A stretch of DNA of 32,000 nt from NCBI RefSeq assembly GCF_003044035.1, contig NZ_NVQC01000007.1, forward strand, positions 1-32,000, written 5' to 3'. The notes under the pieces were generated by a model that was not told where the DNA came from, ran no database searches, and was given only the letters and a program-made list of their open reading frames with translations. Below, piece by piece: positions 16,481-24,563 of the stretch (position 1 is its first letter; the number at the start of each line of letters is the position of its first letter). This DNA is from Candidatus Methylomirabilis limnetica. Lineage in GTDB: Bacteria > Methylomirabilota > Methylomirabilia > Methylomirabilales > Methylomirabilaceae. A program made the position numbers and the translations under genes.

Positions 16481-17260
16481 TTAGGTCTGCTTCTCCCGCC
16501 TGCGGTTCATGTAGTAGTTTACGCCGAATACTAGAGCGCAAATACCCAGCAATGTGGTAGCCAGCTGGAACCCCAAATTTGAGAAAAACCAGGGGAGGCG
16601 GCTGTGCGCCCTTACCTCCAGGCCCACGGAAAAGGGGAAGCTGTAGGTAGGATCAACGGCGCGCATATCGGCTTCCGTAGGGTCGGTCCCGGGCCCGTGA
16701 GTGTGAGTTACCCGCTGCCATTCCCCAACCTCGGAGCCGCGATGAGGCTTGTGGGCAATACCAGGGCCCACCTTTTCCAACGTCATGAGGGCGATGTAGT
16801 GACCGGCCTTGGGGATCTCGGTATCGACCCTTACCGTACCATCACCGTAAACAGCCGGCGGACGAGAGAAGATGGCGTGAGAGTGTTCACTGCCGCCCTT
16901 GTCCTCGTGGGCCTCAACAGCCTCCACAATCCGGACCGAGATGGGCAGCACTCGCATCTCTTCATTGTAAAGGTCAAAGGCCACCGACAACTTACCCGCC
17001 TTCGGGACCCCCTCGCAGTAGGACTGAAATTCCTTCTTCACCTCCACCGAACCCACTTCGTGTAACAAGGGAACCATGCCTGCGCCCACAAGCTCCTGAT
17101 AGGCCGTGAAGTGAACGGTATAATGGCCCTTCACGGCGGTGCAGGCATCTGCTGCATCCCAGTCGCCCATCACATCACCACCGCCATGGCCAAGGGCCTG
17201 AGATGCCCAGACAACCGGCGCAAGCACTACCCAGAATAACAACATCAAGCGTTTCATCAT
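16481..17260 (-). CDS. exported His-rich protein with C-terminal membrane anchor, unknown function
   Basis: Start moved to ATGATG at 17260 (GGGAG RBS). Signal peptide MMKRLMLLFWVVLAPVVWASQALG|HGGGD. His clusters (AHEDKGGSEHSHA, HKPHRGSE, THTHGPG). C-terminal TM LGFQLATTLLGICALVFGVNYYM followed by RRREK. Confidence 0.65.
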   Translation of the reverse strand: MMKRLMLLFWVVLAPVVWASQALGHGGGDVMGDWDAADACTAVKGHYTVHFTAYQELVGAGMVPLLHEVGSVEVKKEFQSYCEGVPKAGKLSVAFDLYNEEMRVLPISVRIVEAVEAHEDKGGSEHSHAIFSRPPAVYGDGTVRVDTEIPKAGHYIALMTLEKVGPGIAHKPHRGSEVGEWQRVTHTHGPGTDPTEADMRAVDPTYSFPFSVGLEVRAHSRLPWFFSNLGFQLATTLLGICALVFGVNYYMNRRREKQT

Positions 17261-17361
17261 GATCCTACTCCCATCCCCTATGAATCTAGGGTGCCCACTC
17301 TCTGCCGTCAAGCTTTAATATCACCACTCACTCAGCAGTATGCGCGATATCCGCCGTGACA

Positions 17362-18774
17362 TTATGATGATTCATCCCGCTTGCCTGGCAGGCCGGGCTC
17401 GGTAAGCTTCAACGGAACAAGGATCTCGGCAATCTGAACCTCGGTGAGCAGTTTTTCATCGCGGACTACGTCAATGACGGTCTTCTGCTCGCGCAGAGCA
17501 CGCTTTACCACCTCGGCGGCCCTGGCATAGCCGATATACATGTTCAATGCTGTCGCCAGCGCCATACTGCCCTCGGCATAGCGGCGGCATCGGTTGGCGT
17601 CAGCAACGATGCCGCTGACGCAGCGGTCAATGAAGACCCGTATAGCATTCTTCAGGATCTCAATCGACTCGTGCAGATTATAGGCCATGACCGGCATCAT
17701 GACGTTCAGCTCAAGCTGCCCGGCCTGGACCGCCATCGCAACGGTCAGGTCGTTGCCAATCACCTGAAAGCAGACCATGTTCAGCATCTCGGCCATGGAT
17801 GGGTTGATCTTGCCCGGCATAATCGAGGAGCCCGGCTGCACGGCAGGCATCGCGATCTCAGCGAATCCTGTTGTGGGACCTGAGGTTAGAAGGCGCAGGT
17901 CGTTGCAGATCCTGGTTAGTTCGAGCGCCAACAGCCGCAGGACCGACGAGGCCTCCGCAATAGGCAGGTTCGACTGCATCGCTTCGCGCATGTCGGGCGC
18001 ATTGCTCCACTCGATCCTCGTCCAGGTACGCAGGTACTCTACCAGCTTGGCGCGGTACTGCGGGTGGGTGTTCAGACCAGTACCGGAGGCGCTCCCGCCA
18101 ATCCCCAGCTCTTCAAGCGATCGCGCTGCGGCAGCGATCCGCTCCTGACATTTTCCGATGGTCACGGCATAGGCTGCGAATTCCTGTCCCAGCCGGATAG
18201 GAACCGCATCCTGAAGATGCGTTCGAGCCGACTTCAGGATGCCATCGAACTCCTTGGCCTTTTCTCGAAATACCTGTTCTAGATCCTTCAGGACTGGCAG
18301 CAGCTCCGCAAACAGCATGCGAGCGGCCATCCGCATGGCGGTCGGAAAGACGTCGTTGGTGGACTGGGCCATGTTGACATGGTCGTTTGGGTGGGCAAAG
18401 GCATAGTCGCCCTTCTTTCCGCCTAAAAGCTCGATAGCTCGATTAGCCAGGACCTCGTTCACGTTCATGTTAAAAGCCGTCCCAGCCCCCATCTGGTATA
18501 CTTCTACGATAAACTGATCGCGCAGCTTACCGGCCAGGACCTCGTCTGCGGCCGCCGCAATCGCTCGACTTATCTCCGGCTTCAAGAGCCCCAAGTCGGC
18601 GTTGACCAATGCGGCCGCCTTCTTGACCATCACCGTCGCCTCCACCATCTTGAAATGCATTCGGAGCCCGCTGATGGGAAAGTTTTCCAGTGCCCTGACT
18701 GTCTGGAGGCCATAGTAGGCATCGATCGGGACCTCCTTCGATCCTAATGAATCCTGCTCGATCCGCATCGTCAT
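17362..18774 (-). CDS. aspA: aspartate ammonia-lyase-like class II fumarase/aspartase family enzyme
   Basis: GSSIMPGKINP signature loop. The N-terminus RIEQDSLGSKEVPIDAYYGLQTVRALENFPISG and VYQMGAGTAFNMNVNEVLANRA resemble AspA more than FumC (which has QTGSGTQ). The assignment within the family is not certain. Confidence 0.8.
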   Translation of the reverse strand: MTMRIEQDSLGSKEVPIDAYYGLQTVRALENFPISGLRMHFKMVEATVMVKKAAALVNADLGLLKPEISRAIAAAADEVLAGKLRDQFIVEVYQMGAGTAFNMNVNEVLANRAIELLGGKKGDYAFAHPNDHVNMAQSTNDVFPTAMRMAARMLFAELLPVLKDLEQVFREKAKEFDGILKSARTHLQDAVPIRLGQEFAAYAVTIGKCQERIAAAARSLEELGIGGSASGTGLNTHPQYRAKLVEYLRTWTRIEWSNAPDMREAMQSNLPIAEASSVLRLLALELTRICNDLRLLTSGPTTGFAEIAMPAVQPGSSIMPGKINPSMAEMLNMVCFQVIGNDLTVAMAVQAGQLELNVMMPVMAYNLHESIEILKNAIRVFIDRCVSGIVADANRCRRYAEGSMALATALNMYIGYARAAEVVKRALREQKTVIDVVRDEKLLTEVQIAEILVPLKLTEPGLPGKRDESS

Positions 18775-18791
18775 CCTTTTCTCTCTTGCGG

Positions 18792-19304
18792 CTACAAGGG
18801 TTCACACGCTGGAATCTTTACCATCAGCGCCTTGAGTCGAGTCGGCGTAAGCTCGCTCCGAAGCGACCATGCCGGATCGGCATACTGGTCCCTTTTCTTC
18901 ATCAGCAGCCACTCCTTCCCGGTCTCGCCCCTGGCTAATCGGGCCAACGCGAACGCCCCCTTCAGCTTCTGCCCTTTTAGAATGAAAGCAAATTTCCCCG
19001 CTGCAAGCTGCGCCTGTGGTGAATCCGCCTCGCTCGCCTCATAGGTCCCGTAGTCCCAGACTACCACGGGTCCAGCACCGTAGCCTCCCTCCGGGATGAT
19101 TCCCTCAAAGTCGATATACTCCAACGGGTGGTCCGCAACCATCACGGCCAGCCGCTTGTCAGCAGGATTCATTGATGGCCCCTTGGGAACCGCCCACGAT
19201 TTGAGGACCCCGCCCATCTCGATCCGGAAGTCGTAGTGCAGCCGCGTCGCCTTATGTTCGTGGACGACAAACCGTAGCGTTACAATTGCCGTGGGTTTCG
19301 CCAT
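18792..19304 (-). CDS. stand-alone DNA ligase D 3'-phosphoesterase (PE) domain protein
   Basis: FVVHEHKATRLHYDFRIEMGGVLKSWAVPKGPSMNPADKRLAVMVADHPLEYIDFEGIIPEGGYGAGPVVVWDYGTY matches the LigD PE domain pattern (H-x-H, RLHYDFRLE, KSWAVPKGPS, EDHPL.Y..FEG.IP). Confidence 0.85.
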   Translation of the reverse strand: MAKPTAIVTLRFVVHEHKATRLHYDFRIEMGGVLKSWAVPKGPSMNPADKRLAVMVADHPLEYIDFEGIIPEGGYGAGPVVVWDYGTYEASEADSPQAQLAAGKFAFILKGQKLKGAFALARLARGETGKEWLLMKKRDQYADPAWSLRSELTPTRLKALMVKIPACEPL

Positions 19305-19390
19305 CTTCTCGCACCTTCCCTGGAAGCGATCCTAGTGCCCTGTCTCAGAATTTCGATGACGAAGTCCGCGCTCCATGTATCGTCATTCCC

Positions 19391-19480
19391 GCGCAAGCGG
19401 GAATCCAGAACTCCTGTTATTTCCTGGATTCCGGCTCGCGCCTGCTATGCGGGCTTGGCCGGAATGACGTCAGGAAACAT
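19391..19480. repeat. double-hairpin palindromic repeat ('IPAQAGIQ' type)
   Basis: CGTCATTCCCGCGCAAGCGGGAATCCAG ... CTGGATTCCGGCTCGCG..GGCCGGAATGACG. Related copy at 16226-16316. It generates the spurious ORF 19286..19534. Confidence 0.75.
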
Positions 19481-19581
19481 GCAACGAATTTCAGAGACAC
19501 CACACTAGTTCACCAGGCATTATGTCATAACTAAATAAAAGGGATGGAACAAATATCTCGTGGCGCTCACCTTCGATGCGG

Positions 19582-19610
19582 TTGCTCGGCTCGCATCCGC
19601 GTAGTAGAAT
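19582..19610 (+). promoter_or_regulatory. candidate sigma-70 promoter of the HAD/GHMP-kinase pair
   Basis: TTGCTC-N17-TAGAAT, about 60 nt upstream of the CDS. Confidence 0.35.
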
Positions 19611-19666
19611 GACGCAACAACCTTCTCGGGCGTAACGAAGCGGACCAGATACACAACTAAGACACA

Positions 19667-20380
19667 GTGGGTGAGATGGAAAGCAAGGCGCGAGGCATCC
19701 TGTTGGATTTCGATCATACCCTCTTTGATACCGATCGCTTCTTCTGGGTCGATCTCAAGCGCGCCTTAGCCAGATTCGGCATTCCTGATGACGCCTGGGA
19801 AAAGAGCTACGAGGCAATCTGGTCATCAGGATATTCGTTGGCGAAGCACCTCGAAGAGCTTGCACGTCTTGGCGCTGTTGCCGATCCTCCAACAGTACAG
19901 GCAATGAGGGAGGCTCTTGAGAGTGCCTTCTCCGATCTTCGTCCTTATCTTTTTCCTGATGTTCTGGAGTTCCTGGACACTGCGCGACACCGGGGGTTCG
20001 AGTTGATCCTCCTCTCCTTCGGTGATCCGGCCTGGCAGAGCTACAAGGTGCGGGCCTCGGGGGTCACCCCGTACTTCACGCAGATCGTGTACACGGCCAA
20101 AGAGGCGGGCAAGGCAGCACTATGCGCGGAGCGTGCGCTGCAGTACAGAGAACTGTACGCTATCGATAACAATCCGGCGGATCTTGATGCTATGAAGGCG
20201 TCTACCCCAGGGCTACAGACGTATCTGATCTGTCGCGTGGAGCCATCCGCTCCTGAAGGGGAGGACCCGCTGGTTAGGGATCGTTTCCGAGAGGCCGCTA
20301 AGTATCTCACGATTCCATCCCTTCTCACGCATCTTCGGTGTCATAGCCTCAAGGAGGTGTCTCTTTCATGGCCGAACTGA
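19667..20380 (+). CDS. HAD-superfamily hydrolase (phosphatase-like)
   Basis: Motif I LLDFDHTLFD (DxDxT) near the N-terminus. Start is GTG 19667 or ATG 19676. Confidence 0.7.
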   Translation: MGEMESKARGILLDFDHTLFDTDRFFWVDLKRALARFGIPDDAWEKSYEAIWSSGYSLAKHLEELARLGAVADPPTVQAMREALESAFSDLRPYLFPDVLEFLDTARHRGFELILLSFGDPAWQSYKVRASGVTPYFTQIVYTAKEAGKAALCAERALQYRELYAIDNNPADLDAMKASTPGLQTYLICRVEPSAPEGEDPLVRDRFREAAKYLTIPSLLTHLRCHSLKEVSLSWPN

Positions 20381-21393
20381 TCGTCGCGAGGGCTCCAACG
20401 CGCATCGATTTCGCCGGTGGCACGCTCGATATCCCGCCGCTGCACCTCTTTCATCAACCGGCAATTACCATCAACGTCGCGATCGACCTTATCGCCGAGG
20501 TTGCTGTGACGCAGCGTCCGGGGCGTGCAATTCGACTCTTCGCTTCTGACCAGGGACGGCAAGTAACTTGGCCGTCGCGCGATAAGATTACCTGGACACG
20601 CCAGCCATTCCTAGAGATGCTGGCCAGGCTCATCCAGTCGCTCGCGCCCGATACCGGCATGGATATCCGAACCGCCTGTCAGGCTCCGGCCGGCGCCGGG
20701 ACCGGCGGCTCTTCGGCGCTGGCGATCGCAACAGCGGCTGCTTTGGCGGCAGTCGCAGGCCGACCGCTCCAGCGTTCAACGCTGATCGAATACGCGAAGA
20801 GCATCGAGACCCAGGCGATCCGTGTCCCCACCGGGTATCAGGATTATTACGCCGCAGCCTACGGCGGCGCTAGCAGCATCGAATTCGGGCTTACCGGTAT
20901 CCGTCGAACCGCTATCGCAGGAAAGGCGTTTCTTGCGCAGCTTGAGCGCCATCTACTGTTGCTGTACCTTGGCAAGCCTCGCTTCTCAGGCGCCAACAAC
21001 TGGGATCTGTTCAAGCGCCACATCGAGGGGGATCGCAGGACGCTGGCCCTCTTCGACGCGCTCCAGGAGAATGCCCTCGCCATGCTGCATGCCTTCCAAG
21101 CGCAGGACCTGCGTGGCATCGCCCACCTCCTGAACCGGGATTGGGAGATCCGACGGCGGGTGCTCCCTACCATGAGCAGCCCGGCCATCGACAGGTTGAT
21201 TCGTTCGCTACGGCGGGCAGGAGCCCTCGGGGCCAGGGTCTGCGGCGCAGGCGGAGGAGGCTGTCTCGCCCTCATCATCGAGCCGGAGGCCAGGGCAAAA
21301 CTCATCGCCATAGCCGAGGCCGCGGGCGCCAAAAGCCTACCCTCCATCATCAATACACGAGGCCTGGTAGTTCAACGCGGCAAGGACAGCTAG
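20368..21393 (+). CDS. GHMP-family sugar kinase (heptose-7-P kinase / COG2605-like)
   Basis: AAGGAGG RBS. N-terminus ARAPTRIDFAGGTLDIPPL and the GHMP motif PAGAGTGGSSALAIATAAAL. Late glycine-rich motif CGAGGGGC. Overlaps the HAD gene by 13 nt. Confidence 0.85.
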   Translation: MAELIVARAPTRIDFAGGTLDIPPLHLFHQPAITINVAIDLIAEVAVTQRPGRAIRLFASDQGRQVTWPSRDKITWTRQPFLEMLARLIQSLAPDTGMDIRTACQAPAGAGTGGSSALAIATAAALAAVAGRPLQRSTLIEYAKSIETQAIRVPTGYQDYYAAAYGGASSIEFGLTGIRRTAIAGKAFLAQLERHLLLLYLGKPRFSGANNWDLFKRHIEGDRRTLALFDALQENALAMLHAFQAQDLRGIAHLLNRDWEIRRRVLPTMSSPAIDRLIRSLRRAGALGARVCGAGGGGCLALIIEPEARAKLIAIAEAAGAKSLPSIINTRGLVVQRGKDS

Positions 21394-21394
21394 T

Positions 21395-21506
21395 AGCGGT
21401 CAGCAAGACTAGGCAAACTGGAAGGTTATATCCGAACGCTCGTCTTGACAGTTGTGGACTGTTTCTCGTATCACTGGACTCTGCTGAAAGCTGATGGCTG
21501 ACCGCT
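21395..21506. repeat. inverted-repeat cassette immediately after the GHMP kinase stop
   Basis: AGCGGTCAGC (21395-21404) and GCTGACCGCT (21497-21506) are exact reverse complements. The right arm carries CTGAAAGCTGATGGCT, also present near 2940 and 14738. Confidence 0.6.
21445..21474 (+). promoter_or_regulatory. candidate sigma-70 promoter inside the cassette
   Basis: TTGACA (21445-21450)-N18-TATCAC. Confidence 0.25.
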
Positions 21507-21560
21507 GCAACTTTTTCCTTGCATCCGTCGAGGGGTTCCACTACCGTAAACTTACACAAG

Positions 21561-21626
21561 AAAGGAGGTGATCCAGTGGGCTTACCGTTAACCATCTGGA
21601 CAACATGTGAGGTGATTGTAACGTAG
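21561..21626 (+). other. 15-nt perfect Shine-Dalgarno/16S-3'-end complement followed by a 16-codon ORF
   Basis: AAAGGAGGTGATCCA (21561-21575) is the exact reverse complement of the conserved 16S terminus TGGATCACCTCCTTT. GTG at 21576 opens MGLPLTIWTTCEVIVT* (stop 21624-21626). CCTCCT at 21633-21638 could pair back onto AGGAGG. Confidence 0.3.
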
Positions 21627-21812
21627 GTGTGTCCTCCTCACCGGATCGACTGCCTGAGGATTTCCGCCTACGGAATTCTAGCAGTCACCGAGCCCTGAAG
21701 CCCTGGCCTTGTCCAGCCAGGCCCCGCGATGCTGTCACGGGGAAGCGCTTCGGGGCTTTCTTATTTGAAGAAGCTAGCAGGCCGCATGGGAGATGGCGTA
21801 AAGCCCTCCACT

Positions 21813-22196
21813 TCATTTGACCTGCAGGCTCTCCCTCAGCCGCATCATCGGCCCCTTCATCCAGTCGCCGCAGCCGCCTTTCTCCTCCCGAAGCCAGGAC
21901 TCTCCGAAAGCATCGTACTCGATCCAGAAGACCCGATTATCGTAGAAATGGACTCTCAGAACCTCCATCCGTCCCGAAATTGGACCTGGTACCCATCGTC
22001 CCCAGACTTCCTGCTTGATATCCATAGGGCCCTGGGAGGAGACGAGCTTTGAGACCATCTCACGGGTCATGCCCAGCACAAGCGTCTGAAAGGCTTGGCG
22101 CGTAGGTGTGGCGACCGGCGGCGGCTGCTGCGCAAAAACCGGGGCTGCTAAGTAGAACATCGCTACCAGCAACAGGACGCTGGCTCTTCGGATCAT
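21813..22196 (-). CDS. small secreted protein, unknown function (last gene after gspD)
   Basis: Start moved to ATG 22196 (GGAGG RBS 7 nt upstream). Signal peptide MIRRASVLLLVAMFYLAAPVFA|QQ. The upstream 46 codons of the track ORF are a translated palindromic repeat. Confidence 0.6.
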   Translation of the reverse strand: MIRRASVLLLVAMFYLAAPVFAQQPPPVATPTRQAFQTLVLGMTREMVSKLVSSQGPMDIKQEVWGRWVPGPISGRMEVLRVHFYDNRVFWIEYDAFGESWLREEKGGCGDWMKGPMMRLRESLQVK

Positions 22197-22266
22197 AATA
22201 GCCTCCTTCTGTCTGGGAATGATCGAGAACTCATCAATTTTTCCATCGCAAATCCTCCCTCCACGC

Positions 22267-22314
22267 GAAATCCCCCCCGCTCCCCTTTGATAAAGGGGGG
22301 TTGGGGGGGATTTG
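22267..22314. repeat. nested G/C-run palindrome ('PLYKRGAGG' type)
   Basis: GAAATCCCCCCCGCTCCCCTTTGATAAAGGGGGGTTGGGGGGGATTTG. Twin copy at 29684-29733. Confidence 0.8.
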
Positions 22315-22379
22315 TCTCGCACCGGGCGCAGCAAGCAGCGCCCCTACACGCTACACACGGTGGATACAGGGGTCCGGCT

Positions 22380-24494
22380 CTACTCCATCTTCGGCCCGCG
22401 CCCTCCTGATGAGGGGGTGGGAGACGATTTCAACAGATCTTCCAACGATTGAACCCTGCTCCTGAACTGCTCGCTCATAAGTTTGCCCTCTTCCGGGGTT
22501 CCAATGACATGAGGTGTGATCAGGATGAGGAGCTCGTCCCTATTGAGCACCTCTTTGGTTCCCCGGAACAGATACCCGAACAGCGGGATCGAGCTTAGAA
22601 ACGGGATACCGGTGTAGTCTTTCGTCTTGTCCGTCCGGATGATCCCTCCAATGAGTAGCGACTGGCCATCCTGCACCACCACCGCCGTCTTTGTTGTCAC
22701 CTTGTTGAACGAGGCACCACCCTCAGAAGCAGTAGCAGTGCTGGCAATACTCGTGTTCTCAGTCTCTATGTCCAGCGAGACCAATCGCTTCTCATTCACG
22801 TGAGGCTTGATCTTCAGGATAATCCCGATGTCCTTGCGCTGGAAGGTGCTGAAAAGATTGGAGGAGGTGTTTGTCGCGTTACCAGTAGTGGTCCCTAGAG
22901 ACTGTACTCCGGTCGGAATCGGGACCTCCTGACCGATCTGGATATTCGCCTCCTTGTTGTTGGCCGTAAGCAGGTGAGGGTTGGCCAGGACCTCTGCTTT
23001 CCCCACAGTAACAAGATTATTCACGACCACGCGATACTTATCCTTGTCTACAAAAGCAAGAGTAAGACCGGTCGCGGGAGCTTTGCCGTCCTTCACAACT
23101 CCAGTGATCGCGGTCGCGAGGGGCGCGACGCCATATGCCGACGTAATGAGGAATTGACCACTCCGGATAATCTCCTCCAAGCTAAAGTTAAAACTGTCGT
23201 TCAAGCTGATCCGAGCGAGCATGAGCTCCATCAACACCTGTTTTGGGACAATGTCGATCTGCTTGATCGTCGCCTCGATGATCTCATAGTTGCGCGGCGA
23301 AGTCTTGATGATCAGCGCATTGTTCGCCTCATCCGAGACGATAGTTACGTCGCCCACGATCTCCCCTGGCGCCGCCTCGGTGCCTGGCGGTAGCGCCGCC
23401 CCAGGCGGGGGTGGCGGCTGGCCCGGGGGTGGGGGAGGAGGGGGTGGCGGCGGCGCACCAGGTCCCGCCGGGGGCTGGCCAGGCCTTGCCGGTACAGCCG
23501 CGCCACGCACCAGATCTCGGCGGCCGTACAAGGTGTTGAGTGTATTCGCCAGCTCGGCGGCCTTGGCGTTCTCCACGAAATAGACGAAGATTCGCTGGAT
23601 ATTGTCTCGCTTGGATGGGATGTCCAGCGCCCTGACAGTGTCAAGTAGCCGATTGATTGTTGAGCTGAAACCGGCGATGATCAGGCTGTTGGTCTCCTTG
23701 TGGACCAGCATCTTGGCACCCTTGGACAGGAACGGCTGCAGGATCTTTGTCATCTCGTCGGCGGAAAGGTGGTCGAGGTGGACAATCTGGGTTACGTAAC
23801 GTTCCCGCTCTTCAGTACGCTCTTTTCCCATCTGCACGTCCTCAGGTTCCTGCTGGGCGACCGCGATCGGGACAATTTTGTAATATGCGCCCTCCTTCAC
23901 TGCAATCAGATTATTGACCCCCAGCACCGATTCCATGATGGAGAAAACCTCGCTGGAAGGAACCCTGGTCGTCGTCCGCATCGTGACATTCGCCTTGACG
24001 CCAGGGCCAAGAATAAAGTTGATCCCGGTGATATCGGCAATCGATCGGAGGACCAGCTCCAGATCTGCGTTGTCAAAGTTTAGTGAGACATACTGGGGTG
24101 CTCCAGGCTGGGCAGGCACTCCTTTAGCCGCGCCACCAAGGCGAGCTCCCGCTAGGGGAACAGGAGCACCTTCTATCACGCCTGTCGAAGGCAAGGGAAC
24201 AGGTTTGGGCACTGCCTCCTGGGAAGAAGCGGCGTCTTCCGTATCTTCGGCGTCTTCTGCCTCTTCTGCCTCTTCTGGGTCTTCCACTTCTTGCTCCGCC
24301 TCGACTTTATGCGGACGCGCGGGTGGCGTGGCAATTATCGGAGAAGCAGGTACCGGCGTCGGCGCCGGGGCCACGACCTTCGAAGGCGACAGCTCCGCCT
24401 CGGCTCCGGAACGTCCTAACGCCTGAAAGGCGGTACAAGCGGGAAGGAACACCGCAACCGTTAAGATCACAAGAAGAGTTCTTCGGGTAGCCAA
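22380..24494 (-). CDS. gspD: type II secretion system secretin GspD
   Basis: N0-like VSLNFDNADLELVLRSIADITGINFI. Repeated N-domains (..NALIIKTSPRNYEIIEATIKQID). Secretin core (ANPHLLTANNKEANIQIGQEVPI ... VVVQDGQSLLIGGII ... GIPFLSSIPLFGYLFR). Possible lipobox FLPAC. Confidence 0.92.
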   Translation of the reverse strand: MATRRTLLVILTVAVFLPACTAFQALGRSGAEAELSPSKVVAPAPTPVPASPIIATPPARPHKVEAEQEVEDPEEAEEAEDAEDTEDAASSQEAVPKPVPLPSTGVIEGAPVPLAGARLGGAAKGVPAQPGAPQYVSLNFDNADLELVLRSIADITGINFILGPGVKANVTMRTTTRVPSSEVFSIMESVLGVNNLIAVKEGAYYKIVPIAVAQQEPEDVQMGKERTEERERYVTQIVHLDHLSADEMTKILQPFLSKGAKMLVHKETNSLIIAGFSSTINRLLDTVRALDIPSKRDNIQRIFVYFVENAKAAELANTLNTLYGRRDLVRGAAVPARPGQPPAGPGAPPPPPPPPPPGQPPPPPGAALPPGTEAAPGEIVGDVTIVSDEANNALIIKTSPRNYEIIEATIKQIDIVPKQVLMELMLARISLNDSFNFSLEEIIRSGQFLITSAYGVAPLATAITGVVKDGKAPATGLTLAFVDKDKYRVVVNNLVTVGKAEVLANPHLLTANNKEANIQIGQEVPIPTGVQSLGTTTGNATNTSSNLFSTFQRKDIGIILKIKPHVNEKRLVSLDIETENTSIASTATASEGGASFNKVTTKTAVVVQDGQSLLIGGIIRTDKTKDYTGIPFLSSIPLFGYLFRGTKEVLNRDELLILITPHVIGTPEEGKLMSEQFRSRVQSLEDLLKSSPTPSSGGRGPKME

Positions 24495-24563
24495 TCCTCT
24501 CTCCTTCCTCGTGTTTAGCGATTCAGACCTGAGTTCCCCTTGGTAGCAGGTAAATCACGGTCC

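Noticed and set aside
19286-19534. 82-aa ORF containing ...VIPAQAGIQNS...GRNDV
   Set aside because: This is the translation of the double-hairpin palindromic repeat. From memory, the same peptide signature recurs as spurious hypothetical proteins in many environmental genomes.
21561-21640. Fragment of a 16S rRNA gene on the minus strand
   Set aside because: Only the terminal 15 nt match the conserved 16S 3' end. The preceding sequence (..GTTAACGGTAAGCCCAC) does not match the conserved helix-45 region (GTAACCGTAGGGGAACCTGCGG) as I remember it. No functional rRNA gene is called; the relic possibility is kept as an alternative in the findings.
22197-22334. Upstream extension of the small secreted protein ORF (..SPPTPLYQRGAGGISRGG..)
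   Set aside because: It is the translated G/C-run palindrome. A GGAGG RBS and a canonical signal peptide begin at the internal ATG at 22196.
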